From: Candidatus Hydrogenedentota bacterium | GTDB lineage: Bacteria > Hydrogenedentota > Hydrogenedentia > Hydrogenedentales > SLHB01 | NCBI GenBank assembly: GCA_045863335.1 | Contig: BTVY01000021.1 | Location: 43,426 to 107,425 of the forward strand | Length of the DNA: 64,000 nucleotides | Direction: 5' to 3' | In this document: positions 41,130-51,296 of the stretch, one piece after another | How the letters are laid out: every line of letters begins with the position of its first letter | Position numbering within the stretch: position 1 is the stretch's first letter | Notes under the pieces: model-generated | The model's database searches: none | Told to the model about the DNA's origin: nothing | What the model saw: only the letters and a program-made list of their open reading frames with translations | Position numbers and translations under genes: made by a program

Positions 41130-42593
41130 ATGAAGAACAAGCTATCGCGACGGGAATTCTTGTACCGGACTACGGCGGCGGCGGCGACTTTGCCGGCAGC
41201 ACTGTATGGCATTTCGCATGCGTCTGCGCAGCAACGGCCAAACATTGTCTTCATCTGCACGGACGACCAGGCGCCCTGGGCCTTGGGGCGGTCGGGGAAT
41301 CCGGACGCCCATACGCCCAATCTGGATCGGCTCTTTGACGAGGGCGCGTATCTCACCGGCGCGTTCGTGGTCACGCCGGTGTGTTCGCCTTCCCGCGCGT
41401 CGACCATGTCGAGCCGCTACGGCACGGAAGTGGGCATCACGGACTGGATCAATCACCGGCTCGACGATGAGGCCCACCTTGGACTGCGCGCGGAGTTTCC
41501 CGTGTGGCCGGAACTGCTCCACGAAGCCGGCTATCACACCGGGCTGGTGGGCAAGTGGCACTTGGGCACCGATCCTCAGTACCACCCGAAGAAGCGGGGA
41601 TTCGAGTATTTCTCGGGCTTTCTGACCGGCGGCACGAACCCCAAGGACCCCGAGCTGGAAGTCGACGGGGAGAAGAAAGCGCATCAAGGGCTCACCGTGG
41701 ACATTCACACGGACTACGCGCTGGAGTTCTTGAAGCAGGATCACGGCGGCCGGCCTTTTGCGCTGAACGTACACTACCGATCGCCCCATGCCCCGTACCT
41801 TCCCGTGGCCGATGAGGACATGGCGTTCTTCGACGACGAGTCCATCGACATCCCGAACCCGACCCTGCCGGGGCTGGACGCGGAGCGGGTCGAGAGACTC
41901 ATGCGCGAATACCTCGCGAACGTGGCGGGGATCGACCGCAATGTCGGGCGGATCCTGGCCTATCTCGACGAATCCGGTTTGGCGGAGAACACCATCGTCG
42001 TGTTCACCAGCGACCATGGATACAACGTGGGCCAACACGGTATCCTCCACAAAGGCAACGCGCGGTGGATCCTCACAAAGTTCCGGGAAAACCGCGGGGT
42101 GGACGGAACCAACGCGCGGCCGAACATGTTTGATACTTCGCTGCGCGTGCCCACCTGCATCCGTTGGCCGGGGGTGCTCGCGCCGGGCACGGTCCTCGAC
42201 GAAACGACGACCAATCTGGACTGGTTTCCCACGATCCTGGAGATGGCCGGAGTCGCAATCCCGCAGGAGATCACGATTCGCGGAAAAAGCATCGTGCCGC
42301 TCCTGCGCGGCGATGCGGGTATCTGGAATGACGAGTTCTACGGCGAATACAGCCAGCATCACTACGTGGAAACCCACTTGCGCATGTATCGTACGCCGCA
42401 GTGGAAACTGATTCGCGATTTTAAAAGGCCGGGATACGGGGAGTTGTATGACCTCGTGAACGACCCGACGGAATCGACCAATATGATTGACGCCCGAGAA
42501 ACGCGCGGGATCGTGCAGGCGCTCGACGCGCGCATCCGCGCGAAGATGGAGGAAACCGGCGATCCCGTTTTGGAATTGGCGTCGGCCGTCTAA
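41130..42593 (+). CDS. Tat-exported sulfatase
   Basis: SRREFL, TDDQ, CSPSR, GKWHLG, SDHG. Confidence 0.93.
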   Translation: MKNKLSRREFLYRTTAAAATLPAALYGISHASAQQRPNIVFICTDDQAPWALGRSGNPDAHTPNLDRLFDEGAYLTGAFVVTPVCSPSRASTMSSRYGTEVGITDWINHRLDDEAHLGLRAEFPVWPELLHEAGYHTGLVGKWHLGTDPQYHPKKRGFEYFSGFLTGGTNPKDPELEVDGEKKAHQGLTVDIHTDYALEFLKQDHGGRPFALNVHYRSPHAPYLPVADEDMAFFDDESIDIPNPTLPGLDAERVERLMREYLANVAGIDRNVGRILAYLDESGLAENTIVVFTSDHGYNVGQHGILHKGNARWILTKFRENRGVDGTNARPNMFDTSLRVPTCIRWPGVLAPGTVLDETTTNLDWFPTILEMAGVAIPQEITIRGKSIVPLLRGDAGIWNDEFYGEYSQHHYVETHLRMYRTPQWKLIRDFKRPGYGELYDLVNDPTESTNMIDARETRGIVQALDARIRAKMEETGDPVLELASAV

Positions 42594-42638
42594 TCCGCGC
42601 ACCTGCGATCGTGTGCCTCGCGCTGAAGGGATTCCCAA

Positions 42639-43754
42639 GTGCAACCAAGCATCGCCGTGGCCGGCGGTTGGGGGTATATCGGCCAGAAGTTCATCCAGGC
42701 GGCATGCCGGCTGGGTTGGCGTGTGTACGTCTACGACCCCTCGCCCATTCCGGCGCCGATGAAGTCCCTCCCCATCGAGGTGTTCGACGACGAATCCCGG
42801 TTCTACGAATTGCCCGCAACCCTCTATCACTTGGCGCTCCACCCGCATCACCGGAGGGCCGCGTTGGAGCGGCTGTTCGCGCGCGCCGATGCCGGTCAGA
42901 AACCGATCGTCCTGTGTGAGAAGCCCATGGCCGATCCCGGGAACCCCGAGGAAGGACGCTGGCTGCTCCAAACGTGCCGCGCGTCGGATACGATCGTGCT
43001 CTTCGATTTCATCGAGTTGTTTGACGACATTACATTGCGGGTCCACCAGTTCCTATCCCAGTTCCGTCACGTGTCTTTGCAGCGCATTCATATGTGGCGG
43101 TCCAAGGATCGCGAAGACCCGTCGATCCCGCGCAACTACAAGATCATGGTCCCCATTCAGTATCAGGAGACCGTGCATTGCATCGCTTACGTGCTCAGCC
43201 TTTTCGCCCAAAGTCCACCTGGGCTGGAGGGGGCATTCGCGCACGGCGTCCGCATAACGGGAAAATCGGAACGCTACGCGCCACCGAATCCGGAAGACTA
43301 TTCCGTCCCGGTGGATGGAAAGGTCGAAGGCACAATCCAACTCGGGGAGACCTCGGTTCATTTGCACACCGATTTCAAATCGGGGGCGCTCTTCACCAAG
43401 CGGCGAACAATTGAGGGCATCGGCGATGGCGTGCCGTTCCATATCGAGGCCGAACACCTGGAAGGCCGGAAGTATCTGATCATCAACGGGACTCGGACCG
43501 AGATCCCACCCGATGCGGAGGCATACCACCAGGTCATCCAGCGATCGGTTCAGTGGGTCACGGAACACGGCGGCGACGTCAACGCGAATCTGCGATTTCC
43601 CAATACGACCTTTGCGTGGTACACCTATCAGCTTTCCGCCATGCTGTGGGATAGCTGCAACGAAGGCGCGCTGAAGAGCGCCAAATCCGCGCGGGAGATT
43701 CTGAACTACGAGCCCGGGTACCCGCATCATCTGCGCGAAGGAATGGGCGAATGA
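42639..43754 (+). CDS. NAD(P)-dependent oxidoreductase (Gfo/Idh/MocA-like)
   Basis: GGWGYIG Rossmann motif, LCEKPM. Confidence 0.7.
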   Translation: MQPSIAVAGGWGYIGQKFIQAACRLGWRVYVYDPSPIPAPMKSLPIEVFDDESRFYELPATLYHLALHPHHRRAALERLFARADAGQKPIVLCEKPMADPGNPEEGRWLLQTCRASDTIVLFDFIELFDDITLRVHQFLSQFRHVSLQRIHMWRSKDREDPSIPRNYKIMVPIQYQETVHCIAYVLSLFAQSPPGLEGAFAHGVRITGKSERYAPPNPEDYSVPVDGKVEGTIQLGETSVHLHTDFKSGALFTKRRTIEGIGDGVPFHIEAEHLEGRKYLIINGTRTEIPPDAEAYHQVIQRSVQWVTEHGGDVNANLRFPNTTFAWYTYQLSAMLWDSCNEGALKSAKSAREILNYEPGYPHHLREGMGE

Positions 43755-43876
43755 ATCGCGGCGACGCACTTGCGCGGCTGTCGCCGGATGAGACTCCTCA
43801 CACGTGGCCAAGTCACTCACCACCAGTAGAACTGGTGGCTTGAGGAAGGCCCCTCAAAGGGGCCCGCAGCAAAAGA

Positions 43877-44034
43877 GAAGAACATCCCCCTTCAAAGGGG
43901 GAAAGCCATGCAACGCTTCGCGTTGGGTTGGGGATTGTCGATACCCGGGTTCGGAGAAGGTTACGCGGCATATACCGATTGCCATAGTTACGCATAATTC
44001 CCCCTTTGAAGGGGGATCAAGGGGGATGTTCTTC
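43877..44034. repeat. Second MITE-like pair of CCCCCTT...AAGGGGG repeats
   Basis: GAAGAACATCCCCCTTCAAAGGGGGAA and AATTCCCCCTTTGAAGGGGGATCAAGGGGGATGTTCTTC in inverted orientation. Confidence 0.7.
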
Positions 44035-44156
44035 TCCTCCTTCTCAACGCGCTCGGTGCTCCGATCCTGTACGATGCACGACGGAACGGCACAGCCTTGT
44101 CGATTTTCACCACGCCATGGCGTGTGGCTTAATGAACAGTTAAGGAGACGCAACCA

Positions 44157-45578
44157 ATGCCAATGGCACCCCAAGGACTTTCCAAAATGGAAGTACTCGA
44201 ACGGCTTCAGGCGATGAAGGCCCGCGACTTGCCGTGGCGGTCGGGCAAGGTCTTGGCGTACATCTACGACGGCGGCGAATCGGTTGAGCATGTGACCAAA
44301 GACGCCTACGCCATGTATCTCGCGGAGAACGGTCTCGACTTCACCAGCTTTCCGAGCATGGTGAAACTGGAGCGGGACGTCATCCGGGCGGTCGCGGACC
44401 TCCTGCGCGGGAGCGAGGGCGTCGTCGGGAGTTTCACCTCCGGCGGCACGGAAAGCATCTTGTGCGCGGTCAAGACGGCGCGGGACTGGGCGCGCGCACA
44501 CCGGCCGCACATCACGACGCCGGAAATCGTAATGCCGTTGACCGCCCATCCGGCGTTCTACAAGGCCGCCTGGTATTTTGGTTTGAAGGTGGTGGCGTGC
44601 CCATTTGATCCGCAATCGTACCGCGCCGACGTGGCCGCAATGCGTGAGGCAATTACCGAGAACACGATTCTCCTTGTCGGCTCCGCGCCGGGCTACGCCC
44701 AGGGCGTGGTCGATCCCATCGCCGAGATCGGACAACTCGCGCTCGCTCGAGACCTGCTCTTCCACGTCGACGCCTGCGTGGGCGGGATTCACTTGTCCAT
44801 CATGCGCCGCGCGGGATTCAACGTGCCGGACTTCGACTTCTCGATCCCCGGCGTAACGTCCATGTCCACCGACATGCACAAGTACGGCTATGCGGCCAAG
44901 GGCGCGTCGACGGTGTTGTATCGCAACGCGGAACTGCGCCGCTTCCAATACTTCGCCTGCGTGCGCACGACGACCTACGCATTTATCAACTCGACCGTCA
45001 TGAGCACAAAGTCCGGCGGGCCCGTGGCGGGGGCCTGGGCGGCGTTGCATTTCTTGGGTGAAGACGGCTATGCCGAAATCGTCCGGGAAGTAATGGAGAC
45101 GACGCATGCCATGATCGATGCGGTGAACGCCATCGACGAACTGCACGTCCTCGGCAAACCCGAGATGTGCATGTTCTCGTTTGCATCCGACGCGCTGAAC
45201 ATCTACCAGGTCGCCGACGCCATGAAGAAACGGGGCTGGTACCTCCAGCCTCAGTTTTCCACGCCCTACTCCCCCGCCAACCTTCACGTCACCGTGACGC
45301 GGGCGAACGTGGGCAAAGCCCCCGAGTTCGCCGTCGATCTCCGGGACGCGGTGAACGACGTGCTCGCATCCGACGCCCCCATCCGCGCGGAGGATCTCCG
45401 CGCGCAACTCCTCAACTCGGACTCGCCTCAAGACATCCGCCAACTCAGCAGCGCCTTCGGCATCCAGAACGGCACGCTCCCCGACGACCTCGCCCTCGTC
45501 AACACCGCGCTCGACATCCTTCCCGACGACGTGGTCGAAGAGTTGCTCATCGACTTCATGAGCGACTTGTTTGCGTGA
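44157..45578 (+). CDS. PLP-dependent group II decarboxylase / sphingosine-1-phosphate lyase-like
   Basis: TSGGTESIL, HPAF.KAA, HVDACVGG, DMHKYGY. Confidence 0.88.
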   Translation: MPMAPQGLSKMEVLERLQAMKARDLPWRSGKVLAYIYDGGESVEHVTKDAYAMYLAENGLDFTSFPSMVKLERDVIRAVADLLRGSEGVVGSFTSGGTESILCAVKTARDWARAHRPHITTPEIVMPLTAHPAFYKAAWYFGLKVVACPFDPQSYRADVAAMREAITENTILLVGSAPGYAQGVVDPIAEIGQLALARDLLFHVDACVGGIHLSIMRRAGFNVPDFDFSIPGVTSMSTDMHKYGYAAKGASTVLYRNAELRRFQYFACVRTTTYAFINSTVMSTKSGGPVAGAWAALHFLGEDGYAEIVREVMETTHAMIDAVNAIDELHVLGKPEMCMFSFASDALNIYQVADAMKKRGWYLQPQFSTPYSPANLHVTVTRANVGKAPEFAVDLRDAVNDVLASDAPIRAEDLRAQLLNSDSPQDIRQLSSAFGIQNGTLPDDLALVNTALDILPDDVVEELLIDFMSDLFA

Positions 45579-45596
45579 GACCTTGGTTGTGACGCG

Positions 45597-48500
45597 TTAC
45601 GCGCGTTCTCGGGCTGTCCTCCGGATTGCGATGACGGCACCCAGTGACAGCGCGAACAGCAACAGCGCGATCATCCAGGGCGTTTCGAGCGGCACCGCTT
45701 TGGTTGCAGGGTTGTCGGATGCGTCGAGCGGATCCGTGCCCCAATGCGACTCCTCAATGTCCGTGTAGCCGTCGTTGTCGTCGTCGGGGTCGACGTCGTT
45801 TCGGATGCCGTCGTTGTCCGTGTCTTTCGGGAACGTGTCGTCGCCGTCGAGGATGCCGTCGGCATCGTCATCAGGATCGGAGGCGTTGGGAATCCCGTCG
45901 TTGTCCGTGTCCAGCGGGAAGGGATCGTCGCCGTCCAGATAGCCGTCGTTATCGTCGTCCGGATCCAGGTCGTCCGTTGTCCCATCGCCATCGGTGTCCA
46001 GCTTGGCGCCGATGCCGTAGAGCGAGAAATGGTCGACGGTGAAGGATATCGTGTTGTTGACCAGATCGCGCGCGACGATGGTCGTCACGGGGATATCGAA
46101 CACGCCCGTGCCGGAGTTGTACTGGAATACTTCGAGATTGGCTTCGTCCAACCCCGCCACCTGACCGTCGGTGTACGAGACCGTGACGGTGATAGGCGAG
46201 CTGAACTGGGTCCCTTCGGGACCGAATTCGCGGACGACCGGAATCGCACTCACCCCTGCCGGGAGTTCCGCAGGCTGAGCGGGATCGATGGGCGTCGTAA
46301 TCTGGATCTCCTGCGGTTCTCCCACGGGGAAGTCGATCATGGTCCCCGCGTCGATGGCCACGGAAGTACCGCTGGCGTCGGAGAACTGCTGATCCTGGAA
46401 CACGGAGATGTCGTTGTTCGCGGGCGCGCCGACGACCGAGCCGCCCACGCGTTTCGACACTTCCAAGGTCGTAATCATGAGATGCGTGACCCCGGCCACA
46501 TCCTTGATGTAGGTCAGACGAGTGCCGCCCGGTGTGGGAACGGCGACGGCTTGGTTGCCGGGAGCCGTCAGGCGGATCTCCGGTTCGAACCCATGGGCGC
46601 GGGCGATCATGATATCGAAGTCTGAGGCCGCCAGGGATGCAAAGAAATCGTCGTCCCGGAACACGCGGTTCCAATCCTCCGAATAGAAGACCAGCGTCTC
46701 GTCGGTGGAGAAGAACGGGGCGAACGAACCCTTCGGCGTGATACCGGAACGAATGTCGATGAGGAAATCGTCGTCCAGAGCAACCGGCGCGAGCGACGAG
46801 TACTGCGTCGCCCCCTGGTAGGGCGCGGTCAGGATATCCTGCAAGTTCGTGAGGATGTAGACGTCGCTCTGATCGCCAATGCCGGGCGTGGGGCTGCTGT
46901 GATAATCCGCGAAGGTCACCGCGGTGCCGTCGGCGTTGACGGCCGGCCAATCCACGTCCACGCCTACTCCCGTCAGGTTCGTCACGATCTTCGGCAGCCG
47001 CGAGGCATCTTCCGTGCCGTCGGCAAGCACGGGTATGGCGGCCATATCGTCGCCGTGCCGGGTGACGATCCAGTTGTCCGAAGGCAGGCGCGTCATGCTG
47101 GGATCGTCCAGCGTGTACATTCCGAAGTAGAGCGGCTGCGTAACGACGCCGGAGTTCACATCGACGTGCGAATCGCCCACGACGATGGCGGAATCGTCGG
47201 GCGTCCACCAAATGGGCGCGTCCGGCGCGTTGGGTGCATCGGCCGTCAACCGCTGCCAACTCGAGGGGTCGCCGATATCCACGAGGAACACAGCGCTCTG
47301 TTGCGTGTTGATATTCACCGCCCAGAAGGCGACGCGATCGGCGCCGTTGGAGGCCTGGGCGAAGAACGCGCTGCGGCCCGCGACGTTCGAGCCGTCCACC
47401 GCTTCGCCTGCGTAGAATGCCGCGTCCAGCATTTCCGTTTCAGGTCCGAGTGCAAACTGAGGGCCGTAGGGCAACACATCGGGAATCACGCTGACTTCCG
47501 TCGTAAACTTGAAAGGATTGGGTCCCCCGCTGGGGAAGGTCAGTTCCACGAAGAAGGCGGTCCATCCATTGGCGGGGACGGGCAATTGCGCGGTGTATTC
47601 ATTGGGGCCGGACGGCGCGAGGACGGAACTCGTGTAGATAGCGCCGACGTTGTCGATGTTGAAGTCGCGGGCGTTCGGGTTAGTCGCCTGCCAGAGAAGC
47701 ACCTGCGATGGGGCGTCGACCGTGTTCACCGTGATTGACCCGTCTTCGTTCTTCACCCAGGAGAATTCGGGACGCGGCGTGCCCGTCAAGAGCGCGGTAT
47801 ACCACGCGCTGACGTCGTTCCACGCGGAGGCGTTCAGGCCGTGCCCCGCGTTGGGGACATACCGGAGATACTTCTCTCCCGGGAGCTTGTCCCAGTAGAA
47901 CTGCGACGAATCGGGCAGGAAAAACTGATCCTGAGCGGAGTTCATGACAAGCTTGGGCATGGTGTACCGGTCGCGATACGTGTACGGCCCGACTTCGGCC
48001 AGGAGCGCGCCGAACTCCGGAGTGCCAAACCAGGAGGGGATGTCCATGTCGACGTAATCTTGAATCGCGGGCGCCCACCGGCCCAGCGCCGCGAAGTGGT
48101 GCTCGAAGGAGACCTCCAGGTTCAGCAGGTCGATGACCAATGGCGCAATCGCCACCACGCGGGTGTCGACGGCGGCGGTGGTCCAGGTTGTCCAGCCGCG
48201 TTTCGACGCGCCGGCCACGACGAATTGATTGACGGTATGACTGCCACCTTGGGCGCTGGCGCACAGCGCCGTGATGGTGTCCATGGCGCGCACGGCGGCT
48301 TTGGTCATGGGCAAGCGGGAGAGCCATTTCGGATCGCCCGAGGTGAGGTACTTGTCCCAGGCGTAGGCGATCTGCTCGTCTTCCCAACGGGGCACGTCGC
48401 CTGTGAAGGTGAGGGGCTGATTCGGGACCATCCGCAGGCGCGCGGTGACCGAATTGGTCGCGAGGGCCATGGCGATCAGTTCCGCGCTGTTTCCGCCTGG

Positions 48501-48818
48501 AGCGCCGCCGCCATTACTCCCGCCTTCGATGAACATGAATCCGGTGGTATGGGAGACCGTGTCCGGTACGGTGATGACGAGCCAATGCTCCCACAGCGTC
48601 CGATCCACTTCCGCCAACGTGAGCCAGGTCTGAGACTTCAGGTCGATGACGAAGTCGGTGTAACCGGCGCCGGGCACCACACTGTTCACCGACCACGCGT
48701 AACTCGCGTCCGGCGACGCCACGTAATCGTCCAGGGCCGTCGCCCCGGCGATACCCGGCGCCAAGAGCACGACCGCAACGAAACCCAAACAGACACCGGG
48801 AACCTTGGGTGTATACAT
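45597..48818 (-). CDS. Modular surface protein: PqaA-type hydrolase, propeller-like region, ZU5-like domain, TSP3 Ca-binding repeats and IPTL-CTERM-like anchor
   Basis: GASKRGWTTW, DQFFLPD, VPNAGH; FGPEGTQFSSPI..DHFS.Y; DxDxDG repeats; VPLETPWMIALLL...RR tail. Confidence 0.85.
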   Translation of the reverse strand: MYTPKVPGVCLGFVAVVLLAPGIAGATALDDYVASPDASYAWSVNSVVPGAGYTDFVIDLKSQTWLTLAEVDRTLWEHWLVITVPDTVSHTTGFMFIEGGSNGGGAPGGNSAELIAMALATNSVTARLRMVPNQPLTFTGDVPRWEDEQIAYAWDKYLTSGDPKWLSRLPMTKAAVRAMDTITALCASAQGGSHTVNQFVVAGASKRGWTTWTTAAVDTRVVAIAPLVIDLLNLEVSFEHHFAALGRWAPAIQDYVDMDIPSWFGTPEFGALLAEVGPYTYRDRYTMPKLVMNSAQDQFFLPDSSQFYWDKLPGEKYLRYVPNAGHGLNASAWNDVSAWYTALLTGTPRPEFSWVKNEDGSITVNTVDAPSQVLLWQATNPNARDFNIDNVGAIYTSSVLAPSGPNEYTAQLPVPANGWTAFFVELTFPSGGPNPFKFTTEVSVIPDVLPYGPQFALGPETEMLDAAFYAGEAVDGSNVAGRSAFFAQASNGADRVAFWAVNINTQQSAVFLVDIGDPSSWQRLTADAPNAPDAPIWWTPDDSAIVVGDSHVDVNSGVVTQPLYFGMYTLDDPSMTRLPSDNWIVTRHGDDMAAIPVLADGTEDASRLPKIVTNLTGVGVDVDWPAVNADGTAVTFADYHSSPTPGIGDQSDVYILTNLQDILTAPYQGATQYSSLAPVALDDDFLIDIRSGITPKGSFAPFFSTDETLVFYSEDWNRVFRDDDFFASLAASDFDIMIARAHGFEPEIRLTAPGNQAVAVPTPGGTRLTYIKDVAGVTHLMITTLEVSKRVGGSVVGAPANNDISVFQDQQFSDASGTSVAIDAGTMIDFPVGEPQEIQITTPIDPAQPAELPAGVSAIPVVREFGPEGTQFSSPITVTVSYTDGQVAGLDEANLEVFQYNSGTGVFDIPVTTIVARDLVNNTISFTVDHFSLYGIGAKLDTDGDGTTDDLDPDDDNDGYLDGDDPFPLDTDNDGIPNASDPDDDADGILDGDDTFPKDTDNDGIRNDVDPDDDNDGYTDIEESHWGTDPLDASDNPATKAVPLETPWMIALLLFALSLGAVIAIRRTARERA

Positions 48819-49060
48819 CGCGAGACCCCTCGAAGTTCGATATGCGGACGCACCTGTCCGCAGCCCGGTGTCCATTATTTCATGGAAGACCGATGGAGGC
48901 AACAACGGCCTGTTGGAGAGGAAGCCTCTTGGGTCGAGGCGACGAGAATTGGTTTACTTAACCGGAATCTCTCAGGTATCATTTGACCAAGAGAAACGCG
49001 CATCACCGTGTACCAGGGGGGCACGGCGCGAATTTCGATTACGTTGGAGGAACCAGCACC

Positions 49061-49204
49061 ATGGGAATCGATCCCGCAGTTCTCTTGTACTACCTGCAGT
49101 TGCTTGAACCCGTCTTCAGCTTCTTCACATCCTTCTCGGGGGTCATCCTGCAATTGTTCTTCCTGGGATTGGACTTTGGATCGTTTTTCCTCGGGTTCAT
49201 TTAG
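49061..49204 (+). CDS. Small Phe/Leu-rich membrane protein (47 aa)
   Basis: GGAGG RBS; MGIDPAVLLYYLQLLEPVFSFFTSFSGVILQLFFLGLDFGSFFLGFI. Confidence 0.65.
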   Translation: MGIDPAVLLYYLQLLEPVFSFFTSFSGVILQLFFLGLDFGSFFLGFI

Positions 49205-49283
49205 TTAACGACCCAAAACATCGAGTCCGTGCAGCATCCGACGGGACAATGCTCCGAGCTTGTCGCAGCGTTGTTAGATGTCC

Positions 49284-51296
49284 TCAGGTAGCGGGAATCT
49301 CTTTGGTCTCGCTGACGCGCTGATTGCTCTCGTCTTGCGAAGGACGCACCGCGGGAACCGGGCGCACGACCCAGGCCAGGGCCCCGACGGCCAGCACCGC
49401 GATTTCCACGACGTAGAAGATCATGAGCGCTTTCGCAATTCCGCTGGTGAAGCCGTAGCTGTGCAGGCCCACGCCGAGCAGGTTGACGCCGAACCATGAG
49501 AAGACAACGATCATCCCGCAGCAGACCGCGCCCATGACGATGCCGAACTCGCGAATGTACCCCGCCAGGCGGGCATGCAGCATAATCAGCATCCACAACA
49601 CGATCATGAGCGCGCCGTTCTCTTTCGGGTCCCAGCCCCAGAACCGGCCCCAACTGTAGTTAGCCCAGATGCCGCCGAGCACGGTCCCGACCGTGGCGAA
49701 GAGCAGCCCGAAGCACAGCACGCCGTAGGTCATCTTCGCGAGCGACCGGTAGAAGGCGGGGTCCTGCTTTCGCAGGCCGAGCGCGTACGCGAAGATGTAG
49801 ACATGGGCGATGGCCGCCGCAAGCAACCCGGCGGCGTACCCCATGGTGACGGTCGTCACGTGGGTGGACAACCAGAAATTCGTATCGAGCACGGCGATCA
49901 TGCTCGGCATGGTGTCCGTACCATCGATGACCTCGTATTTATTCGCGAGAAACACTCCGAGCGCACCCAGGATCGATGCCAGGGACAGGGCGATGCGCTG
50001 ACGGTTCACATACTCGATGAATAATGCAACCACGACGGCCACCGCCGTGATGAAAAGGATCGTTTCATATAGCGTCGTCACCGGTGGCCGGTTGCGAATG
50101 ATGCAGCGCATCGTGATGCCCGCCACGAGAACGAGCGTGGGCACGGTCACGGCGGCGAGGGTCAACCAGTTCAACGCCCGGTTCTTCGGTTTGATCCAAA
50201 GAATCGCCACGAGCAGAAAACTGAACAAATACAAATACAGGCTGCGATAGAAGAAATCCGCTTTGTAATAGGTCAATTCAAGAGGCACCTTGGCGTATTC
50301 ACCGCGTGCTTCGGCTATCGCCACGGTGGCGGCATTCAGCGTCTCGGCTTCCGCCGTAAACGATTCGGGAGCGTCCACGCTCGCTGCAACGCCCTCCCAC
50401 CCGCGAATCACGTCGATTTGTTTCGAAAGGTCCAGACCGGACATGAAGACAGCCTCGGCCAGGGAGGCGGGGTTGTACCATTCGCGCAACTCGCCGTCGG
50501 CCGGCGGCGGTATGACGGCCATGGCCCGCGAGTCGCCGACTGCGGCATTCATCGCGTTGATGAGCTTCTGAATCGAGGCCAGTTCCGCCTTCGTGGTTTC
50601 ATCTCCTCCGTGCGCGGCGTTCGAGCTTAACGAGATGTAGGCCTCTTGCAACGCAGACGCATTCCCCAACACGGTGCTAAGCGATACCGACTCGGCCTCG
50701 CCGAATATGCCTTTCAAGGTCGCGCTGTCTCCGACGACAAATGAAGCGCGGGCGAACTCGAGAAAAGAGGTCAGCGTCTCGAATTGATGCACGTTGTGGG
50801 CCAGGTTGATGAGCTGCGTCTGCGCGGGTGTCCGCTGTTCGTCGGCGATCTGCGAGAACTGACTTGCCTGAGTGAACAACGTCATGCGCGCCGAAGCCAG
50901 GTCGTTGTACGAATAGCGCGCCCGTTCGTCGGTGGCCGAGAGACCGGTCATGGACAGGACGTCCGCGTTCTCGATGAGGAAGTTTTTGTAGTTCTTGGCG
51001 CGATCCGGGTAGAACAGGCAGTCCAGCAGCCAGGCCATAGGCTCCAAGCGCTCTCCGTCGGGCGTTTCGATACTGCGCTTCCCGTTGATGCCCAGGAGCT
51101 GGAAAGCCGCAAAGGTATCCAACGGCTTGATGCGCCCGCCTTCCTGGATGGGAATCACGGCGAAGGCGTCTATGGCCGCACCGGACCACGCGGGGCGTGT
51201 CGACGCTTCGGCGGTGTCGGCGGTTTGCGCCCAACACGTCGCGCACACAAACGCAGCGAGAAGAATGGATGCCAGGTAGTTGGAATGGCGAATCAT
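49284..51296 (-). CDS. ccsA: Cytochrome c biogenesis system II synthase CcsA/ResC-like
   Basis: WWD domain WANYSWGRFWGWDPKE, HV.TVT, GLHSYG. Confidence 0.92.
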   Translation of the reverse strand: MIRHSNYLASILLAAFVCATCWAQTADTAEASTRPAWSGAAIDAFAVIPIQEGGRIKPLDTFAAFQLLGINGKRSIETPDGERLEPMAWLLDCLFYPDRAKNYKNFLIENADVLSMTGLSATDERARYSYNDLASARMTLFTQASQFSQIADEQRTPAQTQLINLAHNVHQFETLTSFLEFARASFVVGDSATLKGIFGEAESVSLSTVLGNASALQEAYISLSSNAAHGGDETTKAELASIQKLINAMNAAVGDSRAMAVIPPPADGELREWYNPASLAEAVFMSGLDLSKQIDVIRGWEGVAASVDAPESFTAEAETLNAATVAIAEARGEYAKVPLELTYYKADFFYRSLYLYLFSFLLVAILWIKPKNRALNWLTLAAVTVPTLVLVAGITMRCIIRNRPPVTTLYETILFITAVAVVVALFIEYVNRQRIALSLASILGALGVFLANKYEVIDGTDTMPSMIAVLDTNFWLSTHVTTVTMGYAAGLLAAAIAHVYIFAYALGLRKQDPAFYRSLAKMTYGVLCFGLLFATVGTVLGGIWANYSWGRFWGWDPKENGALMIVLWMLIMLHARLAGYIREFGIVMGAVCCGMIVVFSWFGVNLLGVGLHSYGFTSGIAKALMIFYVVEIAVLAVGALAWVVRPVPAVRPSQDESNQRVSETKEIPAT

